Positions 7,404 to 14,870 of a stretch of 20,000 nucleotides of DNA are shown in pieces. How positions within the stretch are numbered: the first letter of the stretch is position 1; every line of letters begins with the position of its first letter. The stretch lies in IMG/VR virus record IMGVR_UViG_3300025889_000096; one strand, given 5' to 3'. Made by a program: the position numbers and the translations under genes. The notes beneath the pieces are model-generated. The model searched no databases and was not told the DNA's origin. It was given only the letters and a program-made list of their open reading frames with translations. Source of the stretch: an uncultured virus (IMG/VR IMGVR_UViG_3300025889_000096). Its lineage: Duplodnaviria > Heunggongvirae > Uroviricota > Caudoviricetes.

Positions 7404-7937
7404 TCAACCCCAGTTGAAATTGAGAACATTAGATTCACATTGTTTGCGATTAGAGTGCTTGAAGTAATCCTTTTTACCAGCACCATTCTGAACGTACATA
7501 TTGCGGATGTAGAAGTCGAAACCTCTATCATCCTGCTGCCACTCTTCATCCATTTGGTGAACTTTCAGAACAGCATTGAGTTCCTCCACAAGGTTAGCAA
7601 ACTGCTGACGTTTTTTAGGAGAAACTACATCATCAGCAAAGAAGATAGTAGTTTCATTATACTTCTTACTGCTGAAAATGTAAATGACTCCTTCCTTCGG
7701 CAAACCGCCATTATAAGTGGGAAATGTTTGCTTAGAAGACTTACATTCAATGTCAACTACACGACCGTTAGGTAGAGTGACACGAAAATCTGGAGATTGT
7801 TGTGGACCGTTAGGTTGCCATTCATACTTGAATCCATACTTGTCAAGCAATTCCATGACTTGTTTCTCATGGAGAGGATTATCTTGACTGTTGGGTTTAT
7901 AGGGGAGAAGTAGAACTTCTTGCCAAAATTGTTTCAT
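7404..7937 (-). CDS. PD-(D/E)XK restriction-endonuclease-like nuclease
   Basis: E...QPNGPQQSPDFRV...DIECKS gives a PD-x-ExK catalytic motif. Confidence 0.75.
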   Translation of the reverse strand: MKQFWQEVLLLPYKPNSQDNPLHEKQVMELLDKYGFKYEWQPNGPQQSPDFRVTLPNGRVVDIECKSSKQTFPTYNGGLPKEGVIYIFSSKKYNETTIFFADDVVSPKKRQQFANLVEELNAVLKVHQMDEEWQQDDRGFDFYIRNMYVQNGAGKKDYFKHSNRKQCESNVLNFNWG

Positions 7938-7944
7938 AATTTCT

Positions 7945-7960
7945 CTTACGCAAGCGTAAG
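7945..7960 (-). promoter_or_regulatory. 5'-leader hairpin downstream of R7
   Basis: CTTACG-CTTG-CGTAAG, perfect 6-bp stem with a 4-nt loop, between R7 and the nuclease ATG. Confidence 0.55.
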
Positions 7961-7969
7961 TTGAAAGGT

Positions 7970-8007
7970 TACATTACTACAACACTTTAGAGGTGAGTAA
8001 CTTTAAT
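7970..8007 (-). repeat. 38-bp element R7 (variant)
   Basis: tacattactacaacactttagaggtgagtaactttaat; contains TAA of 8003..8191. Confidence 0.95.
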
Positions 8008-8191
8008 TTACAGGAAGTTTGCCCAGTGACTTACCCTTTTTGTGGTCATCTATGAACTTCCTGGCTGATGCTTCTGTCCTACACACTTTGAGTTGCTCTC
8101 CGTTGTGAATGACCATCAGTTGATTGCCAAATGGAATCGCAGCGTAGTTACCTTTGCCGATAATAAATCCTTCTTTCATTACACTTTCCAA
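8003..8191 (-). CDS. small hypothetical phage protein
   Basis: 62 aa ORF (probable start at MKEGFII); stop inside R7. Confidence 0.75.
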   Translation of the reverse strand: MESVMKEGFIIGKGNYAAIPFGNQLMVIHNGEQLKVCRTEASARKFIDDHKKGKSLGKLPVN

Positions 8192-8296
8192 AAAATCGTG
8201 GATTTGGTTGCGGTGGATGACCTATGACACCCTCCAGGTAGAATTACAGAAAAATCAGGGTTTGACCCCTGACTGTGACTGGGTTCTCAGTGAGAC

Positions 8297-9538
8297 TCAC
8301 CTGCGAACGGTGGAGATGGCAGGTTCGCCCTTTTCAAAGATCGTATCAACCACAGACTGAACACTGCGGGCAGTGGCAATACCAACCTTGCTGTAGACAG
8401 GGATACACACAAGACCGAACGATTTGCTATACTGACTCAGGTTGCCAGGTTCAATACGTCCATCGCGCATACCTTTGGCATCATCGTGATGCAGGCGGAT
8501 GCAACGTCCGATGGTCTGACTGATGCCAATGAAGTCCATATTGCGAAGGAAAAGTACCGCTTCCAGACCGCTGACGTTGATACCTTCTGCGAGGATGGAG
8601 TGGTGAAGAACAACGAACTTCTTATCGTTATCCTTACCCCATGCGCTCAGAGTGTCAAAGAACACCTCACGATTGACCTTCTTGCCATCAATAACTGCGC
8701 CAGTCTTGGCAGTAATATACATCCAAGAATAACCGCGACATTCCAACTGGAAGCAGAAGTCAGTTTCAGTCACCAGCGATACGATTTGCTTGGTTGCCTT
8801 AGCACAAATCAGGATCTTGCCAACCTTGTTGTCATCAATGGTTTCCAGCAGATTCTCCGAATCGCGGTCAAAGTTAGTCTGCTTGCCAGTCACCATAGCA
8901 AGTTGCTTGACGATGACTTTGGGGGGCACAATGTAACCACCCTCAACCAACTCAGGAGCAGGAACTTTACAGATGACTTGACCATACACAGCAGCATCAT
9001 TCATCCCAGGTTTGCCTACAGCAAGGGAATGTTTGGGAGTTGCGGTGAAGAAATAGCAGCGACGTGCATTAGCAGCAAAGTGCTCAGTTGCAGGGAAAAA
9101 GTGACGCTGAACGCTGTTATGTGCCTCATCAAAGTAGATGGTATCCACATCAATCTCTGCCACCTGAAGACGCGACAGGGAATTGTAGGTGGTTACAATC
9201 AGGCGATGATTGTCAGCATTAGCATCAACCCAGTTGCGAATCTCTTGAGGGCGAGTAGAGGATTCCCAGTGAACTTCTCCAGAGTGACAATGAAATACTT
9301 TCGCATTGGTAATAAACTCCAGAAACTCAGAACACAACTGAGTCGCCAAAAGAATACGAGGAGCAACAACAACAATAGTCTGGGGAGTTTCAGACTGCAA
9401 CTCACGCAGAGCATCGTAAATCATCTTCAGAGTCTTGCCACCACCAGTAGGAACAATAATCTGACCTTTATCATGCTGTTGCATAGCAGCAACACCGCGT
9501 TCTTGATGAGGGCGAAGTTGGATTTGCATTGGAATCAT
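8297..9538 (-). CDS. superfamily 2 DEAH-box helicase (ResIII-like)
   Basis: Q motif LRPHQ, Walker A PTGGGKT, DEAH, TATP, LAEGIN, QTIGRCIR. Confidence 0.92.
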   Translation of the reverse strand: MIPMQIQLRPHQERGVAAMQQHDKGQIIVPTGGGKTLKMIYDALRELQSETPQTIVVVAPRILLATQLCSEFLEFITNAKVFHCHSGEVHWESSTRPQEIRNWVDANADNHRLIVTTYNSLSRLQVAEIDVDTIYFDEAHNSVQRHFFPATEHFAANARRCYFFTATPKHSLAVGKPGMNDAAVYGQVICKVPAPELVEGGYIVPPKVIVKQLAMVTGKQTNFDRDSENLLETIDDNKVGKILICAKATKQIVSLVTETDFCFQLECRGYSWMYITAKTGAVIDGKKVNREVFFDTLSAWGKDNDKKFVVLHHSILAEGINVSGLEAVLFLRNMDFIGISQTIGRCIRLHHDDAKGMRDGRIEPGNLSQYSKSFGLVCIPVYSKVGIATARSVQSVVDTIFEKGEPAISTVRR

Positions 9539-9540
9539 TA

Positions 9541-9578
9541 TCTAGTATTAGGACACTTTAGAGGTGAGTAACTTTAAT
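9541..9578 (-). repeat. 38-bp element R8 (variant)
   Basis: tctagtattaggacactttagaggtgagtaactttaat; contains TAA of 9574..9771. Confidence 0.95.
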
Positions 9579-9771
9579 TCGCCTTATTATAGAACTTCAG
9601 TTTATCAATCACACCTTGCATTGTAGCACGATTGTATCCATTCGCAAAGGATAGACTTCTCTCAGTCTCGGGATTAGGACCAAAATCAACATTTTGAGAG
9701 ACATTAACACCCTCTTGGAGAAGGCGAATAACATCATCAAAGACAAAATCGGGGATTTGAATGTAATTCAT
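9574..9771 (-). CDS. hypothetical protein
   Basis: 65 aa ORF; stop inside R8. Confidence 0.75.
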   Translation of the reverse strand: MNYIQIPDFVFDDVIRLLQEGVNVSQNVDFGPNPETERSLSFANGYNRATMQGVIDKLKFYNKAN

Positions 9772-9807
9772 TGTTCTCAGTGGTTTGATAAGTAAAGACA
9801 GAAATAA

Positions 9808-9834
9808 AGCACTTCTAGAGGCATCTAGAGTGCT
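9808..9834 (-). terminator. possible terminator/attenuator hairpin
   Basis: AGCACTCTAGA-TGCC-TCTAGAAGTGCT (one bulge) followed by TTATTTCT, in an intergenic gap. Confidence 0.45.
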
Positions 9835-9845
9835 CTGGTGGTTAA

Positions 9846-10004
9846 TCAGTCTCCACCAAACATTTCATCAAATAACCAATCACCAGAACGCTCTTTTTCT
9901 TCCCAGACTTTGTTAGCGTTTGCTTCAATCATTGCTTTTTCAATCTTCATGTCAATCGGAGAAACTGTGCTGAACCAGTTACCATTGCGATCTTGCCAGA
10001 GCAT
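9846..10004 (-). CDS. 52 aa hypothetical protein (MLWQDRNGNWFS...)
   Basis: read manually; first gene after R9, with an A/C-rich leader. Confidence 0.7.
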   Translation of the reverse strand: MLWQDRNGNWFSTVSPIDMKIEKAMIEANANKVWEEKERSGDWLFDEMFGGD

Positions 10005-10027
10005 AGTGTTGTTTTGAGTGTTGTCCT

Positions 10028-10065
10028 TATACTACTAGGACACTTTGGAGGTGAGTAACTTTAAT
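10028..10065 (-). repeat. 38-bp element R9 (1 mismatch, ATG changed to ATA)
   Basis: tatactactaggacactttggaggtgagtaactttaat. Confidence 0.98.
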
Positions 10066-10070
10066 TGGAC

Positions 10071-10748
10071 TCAACTTCCTGATGCTTGTGCTGCTGCTTT
10101 TGCTTTTGCTCTCATACGAACAGCAACAGCACGACTCCACTCTCCACCACCTGCTTCATATTCTCTACGCATTTGTGCAAGAATCTCACTAGAAGATTTC
10201 TTAGTCTTTTGTGCTGCTGCTGTTTTCTCTTTATTTCTTGCTCTATCTCTCTCTTGACGTGTCATTCCACCGCCACCTTCATGCTCCCACTTTCTGCGTG
10301 GTTTTGCTGCTGGTTTCTTCTCTTGCTGTGGTTTTGCTTGAGAGATTGCTTGTGATGCAGTCTTTGGTTGTGTTTTACCACCTTCTCTTGCTTTACGCTC
10401 AAGGTATGCTTTACGCTGCCTTTCTTTAGCAGTCATAGCAGCACTTCCTTGAGTTCCTGCAGTTCCAGGTTTTAATTCTGTTGCACCCGCTCCTCTTCCA
10501 GGTGCGGGTGCTGATGAACCTCTTTGTTGACCTTTATCTTTGCGTGTTTTATAGGAAACTGGTTCAGTCTTACCACCACCAACTGCTTTCACTCTACGTC
10601 TTTCGGGAGCAGACTTTTTGCGCTGTTTACCTATTCTACCACCTTCACCAGTGCGGGTGATGGAAGCACCACCACCCCAACCAAGTTGTTGTGCAGCATC
10701 AGCATCAGATTTTTCACAAAGAATCATAAACTCCTGAAAGGTTCTCAT
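10071..10748 (-). CDS. basic low-complexity protein with capsid-targeting-like N-terminus (putative internal head protein)
   Basis: MRTFQEFMILCE resembles the T4 internal-protein targeting sequence MKTYQEFIAE; K/R/A/G-rich body; late promoter upstream. Confidence 0.65.
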   Translation of the reverse strand: MRTFQEFMILCEKSDADAAQQLGWGGGASITRTGEGGRIGKQRKKSAPERRRVKAVGGGKTEPVSYKTRKDKGQQRGSSAPAPGRGAGATELKPGTAGTQGSAAMTAKERQRKAYLERKAREGGKTQPKTASQAISQAKPQQEKKPAAKPRRKWEHEGGGGMTRQERDRARNKEKTAAAQKTKKSSSEILAQMRREYEAGGGEWSRAVAVRMRAKAKAAAQASGS

Positions 10749-10772
10749 TGGTATCTAAACACTTCTTTTTAG

Positions 10773-10779
10773 TATTTAG
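10773..10779 (-). promoter_or_regulatory. T4-type late promoter (CTAAATA)
   Basis: TAAATA core 24 nt upstream of ATG 10748. Confidence 0.6.
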
Positions 10780-10973
10780 ATATCTTCATCCTTTGCTTTA
10801 TAGGAACCCTTGAAGACGCGACCTTCAGCATAAAACCATTTCACACGCTCACGGCGAGCAGCAATCAGCAAATCATACTCCTCTTGTTGTTGCTTAGTGA
10901 AGGTGAAATCTTGTTTCCTCCAGATCTCTTTTAGTTCTTGAATGTGGGGCAAAACATTAACGGTGTCAGTCAT
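10776..10973 (-). CDS. hypothetical phage protein
   Basis: 65 aa ORF. Confidence 0.75.
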   Translation of the reverse strand: MTDTVNVLPHIQELKEIWRKQDFTFTKQQQEEYDLLIAARRERVKWFYAEGRVFKGSYKAKDEDI

Positions 10974-10977
10974 TTGT

Positions 10978-11172
10978 TCAGGATACAGTAGAATCAGAGT
11001 CAGTAGGGAGTTCAGTGTTTACTTTACTAGGTTTCACACGCACATTGTAAGGACTATTGAAGAACCTGCGGAAAGCAGTAACAACAATAAAAAGCGTTGA
11101 AAGTACACCAATAAAACCAAGGATGGTGACAGCATCACCGCTGAAGTTAAGAGTGTCAAGAGTCATAATCAA
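10978..11172 (-). CDS. small single-TM membrane protein
   Basis: AVTILGFIGVLSTLFIVVTAF followed by RR. Confidence 0.75.
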   Translation of the reverse strand: MIMTLDTLNFSGDAVTILGFIGVLSTLFIVVTAFRRFFNSPYNVRVKPSKVNTELPTDSDSTVS

Positions 11173-11303
11173 TAATCAATGTTAGAGTTAAGATACTCAT
11201 TCATATTGAAGTCATTTCGTTCTTCAATCAGTTCGGAAATGTCTTCCTCAATGAAATCAAAGTTTTGGAGTTCTTCAATTTGAATGTCATCAAACCAGTC
11301 CAT
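11169..11303 (-). CDS. 44 aa very acidic protein (MDWFDDIQIEELQNFDFIEED...)
   Basis: read manually; first gene after R10. Confidence 0.7.
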   Translation of the reverse strand: MDWFDDIQIEELQNFDFIEEDISELIEERNDFNMNEYLNSNIDY

Positions 11304-11318
11304 AACTTGTTTGCTGCT

Positions 11319-11356
11319 TACATTATTAGAACACTTTGGAGGTGAGTAACTTTAAT
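11319..11356 (-). repeat. 38-bp element R10 (variant)
   Basis: tacattattagaacactttggaggtgagtaactttaat; TGA of 11357..11605 directly abuts it. Confidence 0.96.
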
Positions 11357-11605
11357 TCAACTAATCTTTTTAACTGATTTTGCTAACTTCTTCAGTCTTT
11401 TCGTTACTTCTTTCCCACCACTACGCTTTACAACTAACTTATCAACTTCTTTCTTTGTTGGTTTACCCATTGGCCCTTCATAACGCTGAAGGGTATAAGT
11501 TTGAGTTCCATCAGCATCTCTCCTATAAGTTCCAGGAACTGCATGTGGTGGAGTATCTGGTTTCTTACCTTCACAGATTTGATAGAACTCCCTGAATGTT
11601 AGCAT
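11357..11605 (-). CDS. basic protein with capsid-targeting-like N-terminus
   Basis: MLTFREFYQICE N-terminus; K-rich. Confidence 0.7.
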   Translation of the reverse strand: MLTFREFYQICEGKKPDTPPHAVPGTYRRDADGTQTYTLQRYEGPMGKPTKKEVDKLVVKRSGGKEVTKRLKKLAKSVKKIS

Positions 11606-11611
11606 TTTTTA

Positions 11612-12322
11612 TCAACCTCTCTTCAGTTGCTTTTCATATGCTCGATGTGCTCTCTGTCTTGCAGTTTCTGCGTCTGAGGGACTTTTGCCAGATTTAGTTG
11701 CTGCTGCGTGTGCTTCATCACCTGCTGCTTTCTTTTTAGCAGCGTGGTCGGCAAAATGTTGTGCAATTTTATCTTGTTTCTGAGTATTAGAGATAATTTC
11801 AGCAGAACTTACTCTTTGCTTTACATTTCTTACTTTAGCACGACCACTGGACACATTCTCAACAATACTTTCTCTCCACTCTTCACTCATATTCACCATA
11901 ATTGCTTCTGCTGCTTCTGGTGTTTCAGCATATCCTTCATCAAGTAGGTGTGAGAGAATGATATCATAATAATCATAACTATCACGAATACCTTGCTTAT
12001 CACTCCTAGTTAGACGATTTGGAAATGACTTTTTCTTTTCAGTATTATCAGAAACTGTTTTACTTCTTTTATATTCTTCTGGTTTATTTCTATTAAATTT
12101 TTCCTCTCTATCTGGGATTTGAATGCTAAACGACCTTTTAATAAGTTTATCACGAATTTGTCCAGCACGTCCTATACTTTCAAGATCTCCTTTTGATTTC
12201 AACTTATCCATTTTATCATGAACTTTTCTGTTGCTGTATCTTTTATATCCTTCATCAAGTTGCTGATTTTCAACAACTTCCAAATATGCTTCTTGAAGAT
12301 TGCGAAGTTCTTGTGCGTCCAT
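11612..12322 (-). CDS. putative virion internal protein (start corrected to MDAQELRNLQEAY)
   Basis: late promoter 19 nt upstream of ATG 12322; YDIILSHLLDEGYAET..AAEAIMVNMSEEWRESIVE block; several (L/I)xE sites. Confidence 0.7.
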   Translation of the reverse strand: MDAQELRNLQEAYLEVVENQQLDEGYKRYSNRKVHDKMDKLKSKGDLESIGRAGQIRDKLIKRSFSIQIPDREEKFNRNKPEEYKRSKTVSDNTEKKKSFPNRLTRSDKQGIRDSYDYYDIILSHLLDEGYAETPEAAEAIMVNMSEEWRESIVENVSSGRAKVRNVKQRVSSAEIISNTQKQDKIAQHFADHAAKKKAAGDEAHAAATKSGKSPSDAETARQRAHRAYEKQLKRG

Positions 12323-12341
12323 TTTATGAATACTTTTTAGA

Positions 12342-12348
12342 TATTTAT
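12342..12348 (-). promoter_or_regulatory. T4-type late promoter (ATAAATA)
   Basis: 7/8 match to TATAAATA, intergenic. Confidence 0.7.
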
Positions 12349-12350
12349 GT

Positions 12351-12617
12351 TCACTCAAACTCAAGCGTCTTATTTGAGTATTTGACTGGTGGAGTTTGAT
12401 AATCAGACAACATAGACCCATCAATCACAACATGTATAGTTGTTTTATCATTCCAATGTCTAATTGCATTTGCTACAATGAAACAGTTGGTGATAAAAAT
12501 AGACAAAAACATCACAAGGCGGATAAGAGCAATCCTATCCGCCTCTTTATCAGTTTTTCCTGCTTTTTCACCCAACGATTTAGCTAGCAATCGCCAAAAG
12601 GTTTTCCTTTTCTTCAT
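12351..12617 (-). CDS. hypothetical membrane protein
   Basis: FWRLLAKSLGEKAG..D.EAD.IALIR followed by one TM segment. Confidence 0.75.
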   Translation of the reverse strand: MKKRKTFWRLLAKSLGEKAGKTDKEADRIALIRLVMFLSIFITNCFIVANAIRHWNDKTTIHVVIDGSMLSDYQTPPVKYSNKTLEFE

Positions 12618-12855
12618 AGATTGACGTGCGTGACTGAATGTATTCTAATTGATTCCACTGATTATGATAACAAATCACAAGCAATCTTTCATTTCTGTGA
12701 ATAGGGCAACATTCAAGGTTGATTTCATCTTTGGGACGAACATTGTGCTCAATAGTGATATATTTATCACACTTGAAGTACACCCAACCTTCTACACCTT
12801 TTCCATTCTCCCATACCACATAATCGTTGATGCTTGGAGTATAGTTATTGTCCAT
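12580..12855 (-). CDS. hypothetical phage protein
   Basis: 91 aa ORF. Confidence 0.75.
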   Translation of the reverse strand: MDNNYTPSINDYVVWENGKGVEGWVYFKCDKYITIEHNVRPKDEINLECCPIHRNERLLVICYHNQWNQLEYIQSRTSIYEEKENLLAIAS

Positions 12856-12860
12856 AATAT

Positions 12861-13568
12861 TTAATACAATTTTATTCTACCAAGAACCCATTGGTTGCCT
12901 GGACATTCTATACTCCTTTTGTTTATTTGTCCATTATTCCACCACTTTGTATTTTTATTTGAAGGTGGTTTATGTTCCATCATTTTAAGTGTTTCACTTA
13001 CTTTTTTCTTATGTTCTTCACTGCATTTTTTACCTTTGTTATGGGCGGGTTTCCCTTTCAGTGCCTTACTAATGTTTTTTTTATGTTCTTCTTTTAATTT
13101 TATTCCAAGTTTTTTTTCACTCATTTTTCTTTTGGCATCTTCACTCATTATTTTTCCTTTTTTTGCTTTTCGCATTTTTAGTATAGTTTCTTCACTATAC
13201 ACTCTACCCTTTATTGAAGACCCAATTCTTCTTTTTGTTTCTTCGCTAAGTTTTTTGCCTTTATGAGATTCGCTTAATTTTCTTCTAGTTTCTAAACTTT
13301 TGATAGCACCACTAGACCCCTCACCACCATTAGTCCTATTTCTCAATATTCCAGTTCCTAAATCTTTTCTACCAAGAACTGCTATTAGATAAGTTTCGTG
13401 CTTAAATGCTTCTTCTTCAGTTAAGTTCTTCTTAAGGAATATTATTTTTGTTTTATCTTTCGGTGGTTTTATTTGACCCTTTCCTTTATAAAATGCCCTA
13501 TTACCTTCTCCTTTACCAATGTAGTAAGGAGTTTTATCTTCTCTTAAATATGCGTAAGTGTAATACAT
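12861..13568 (-). CDS. free-standing GIY-YIG-like homing endonuclease with NUMOD3 repeats
   Basis: YTYAY...YYIGKG..R, conserved E and [10 protein letters not shown]; tandem (H/K)KGKK.SEE(T/H)K.KIS repeats; AT-rich. Confidence 0.85.
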   Translation of the reverse strand: MYYTYAYLREDKTPYYIGKGEGNRAFYKGKGQIKPPKDKTKIIFLKKNLTEEEAFKHETYLIAVLGRKDLGTGILRNRTNGGEGSSGAIKSLETRRKLSESHKGKKLSEETKRRIGSSIKGRVYSEETILKMRKAKKGKIMSEDAKRKMSEKKLGIKLKEEHKKNISKALKGKPAHNKGKKCSEEHKKKVSETLKMMEHKPPSNKNTKWWNNGQINKRSIECPGNQWVLGRIKLY

Positions 13569-13658
13569 TTGTGCCTTGGCGAGACATATCTATTTATTAT
13601 AGCAATAATGAAGGGGACTTACACAACTAAAATCCGCCAAGACACAAGTTGATGCCCC
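13569..13658 (-). promoter_or_regulatory. structured leader of the homing endonuclease, with an internal late promoter (ATAAATA, 13591-13597)
   Basis: 13-bp pairing of 13635-13647 with 13569-13581 (one G-U); second pairing of 13654-13658 with 13613-13618. Confidence 0.7.
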
Positions 13659-13662
13659 AAAC

Positions 13663-13944
13663 CTAAAAAAATGCTGCCTCCAGCGGTGTCAACTTCAATG
13701 GCATTGCTGTATAGTTCCGCGTGTCCCGAATATTTACACAAGCACCGATGGTCTTACTATTGACTGGGGCATAGTATTCTCTGGTTTTGGATTTGTAAAA
13801 TCCCCAAATAGTTCTGGTCGAAGTGCCATTGTTGTAGTCAAACTTGCGATGACAGCGTAACCAAATAGAAACCACGCCACGTTTGTACTCCTCAAACTCA
13901 TAACTATAACCTTCTGGTGCTTTATGTGGAAATTCAGCAATCAT
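13663..13944 (-). CDS. conserved hypothetical phage protein (MIAEFPHKAPEGYSY...)
   Basis: ORF-track 13663..13956; internal ATG at 13944 preferred. Confidence 0.8.
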   Translation of the reverse strand: MIAEFPHKAPEGYSYEFEEYKRGVVSIWLRCHRKFDYNNGTSTRTIWGFYKSKTREYYAPVNSKTIGACVNIRDTRNYTAMPLKLTPLEAAFF

Positions 13945-14101
13945 ATTCACGTTCAATAGACAAAAGAGTAATCAGTGTTTTTAGTTTAGCAATCTCTTGC
14001 TCTTGTTCGCTGATTTTATTCTGAAGACGACTGATTTGTGCTTGGTATTGCTGTTTCAAATCAAACAGCATCTTGTCCATATGGGCAACTTGATGTGTCA
14101 T
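13934..14101 (-). CDS. 55 aa coiled-coil protein (MTHQVAHMDKMLFDLKQQ...)
   Basis: read manually; heptad-like Q/E/K/L pattern. Confidence 0.65.
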   Translation of the reverse strand: MTHQVAHMDKMLFDLKQQYQAQISRLQNKISEQEQEIAKLKTLITLLSIEREYDC

Positions 14102-14103
14102 AA

Positions 14104-14343
14104 TCAGGTGGTAAATGATTCAACAATAACAGATTCTACATCTTCAGCAAGAGTATATCGTGGTGCTTTGATTACATTCTCACGAAGTTTTCCAAAACAA
14201 TCTTCATAACCTTCATACTCATAATGATTAGAAATCAAGTTAAAACATTCATCATCATTTTCGGCAATCACATTCCAAAGTCCTCCGTATTCCGAACTAG
14301 GAAATCCGATTGCGTGGTCCACAACATAAAAATACTTTGCCAT
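14104..14343 (-). CDS. hypothetical phage protein
   Basis: 79 aa ORF (PSSEYGGLWNVIA). Confidence 0.8.
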   Translation of the reverse strand: MAKYFYVVDHAIGFPSSEYGGLWNVIAENDDECFNLISNHYEYEGYEDCFGKLRENVIKAPRYTLAEDVESVIVESFTT

Positions 14344-14366
14344 TTGTTTGTGTAAATTACTCCTTC

Positions 14367-14395
14367 AGTTTAACGAAAATCAGTGTTATTGTCAA
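14367..14395 (-). promoter_or_regulatory. sigma70-type promoter
   Basis: TTGACA-17 nt-TAAACT, 23 nt upstream of ATG 14343. Confidence 0.8.
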
Positions 14396-14468
14396 TGTCA
14401 CCAGCAAGGATAAGAGCGACACCAATAGTTGCTAACACACCAAGACCAAATCCAGCAATAAAAATCAT
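14370..14468 (-). CDS. 32 aa single-TM peptide (MIFIAGFGLGVLATIGVALILAG...)
   Basis: read manually; TGATG coupling. Confidence 0.6.
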   Translation of the reverse strand: MIFIAGFGLGVLATIGVALILAGDIDNNTDFR

Positions 14469-14605
14469 CAGTAAAACTCTGCAAGATAATAGTCAACAGT
14501 CACTTCTTTTTCTGCTGCAAGTCGCTCAATTTCTTTCCAGAAGTCCTGAGCAATCTTTTCACGTTCAGCGTTCATAATCAGGTCTTTAATGCGTTGCGGA
14601 ATCAT
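14468..14605 (-). CDS. 45 aa hypothetical protein (...EIERLAAEKEVTVDYYLAEFY)
   Basis: read manually; coupled on both sides. Confidence 0.7.
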   Translation of the reverse strand: MIPQRIKDLIMNAEREKIAQDFWKEIERLAAEKEVTVDYYLAEFY

Positions 14606-14715
14606 TTGAATTGCTCCTCATCTTTAGGACGAATAACCCTGAAATAATATACCACAAGTGATGTCACCATGGCAATTATTGCGGTGTAGATAGAAATTGC
14701 GAGTGCTATACTCAT
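14602..14715 (-). CDS. 37 aa single-TM peptide
   Basis: read manually; MSIALAISIYTAIIAMVTSLVVYYF; ATGA overlaps. Confidence 0.6.
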   Translation of the reverse strand: MSIALAISIYTAIIAMVTSLVVYYFRVIRPKDEEQFK

Positions 14716-14870
14716 CGGATTTCTTTACTTGGAGGTTTCTTAAGATTCTCTATTGCTTGTTGGTGATAGTAAGCATCAAACATCCTATCATCACGTTGGA
14801 TTAGAAAGACATTCCAACCAAGAATGGCAGCAAAACCAATCAATCCAGCGACAATGTACTTTTTGTTCAT
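14712..14870 (-). CDS. 52 aa single-TM protein (MNKKYIVAGLIGFAAILGWNVFL...)
   Basis: read manually; ATGA overlaps. Confidence 0.7.
   Translation of the reverse strand: MNKKYIVAGLIGFAAILGWNVFLIQRDDRMFDAYYHQQAIENLKKPPSKEIR

Noticed and set aside
12323..12424. N-terminal extension of ORF 11612..12424
   Set aside because: It overlaps the upstream gene and spans the late promoter at 12342-12348, so ATG 12322 is the better start.
12861..13568. Homing endonuclease as part of a group I intron
   Set aside because: Both flanking ORFs are complete with their own starts and stops, only 5 nt separate it from the downstream gene, and there is no room for an intron core.
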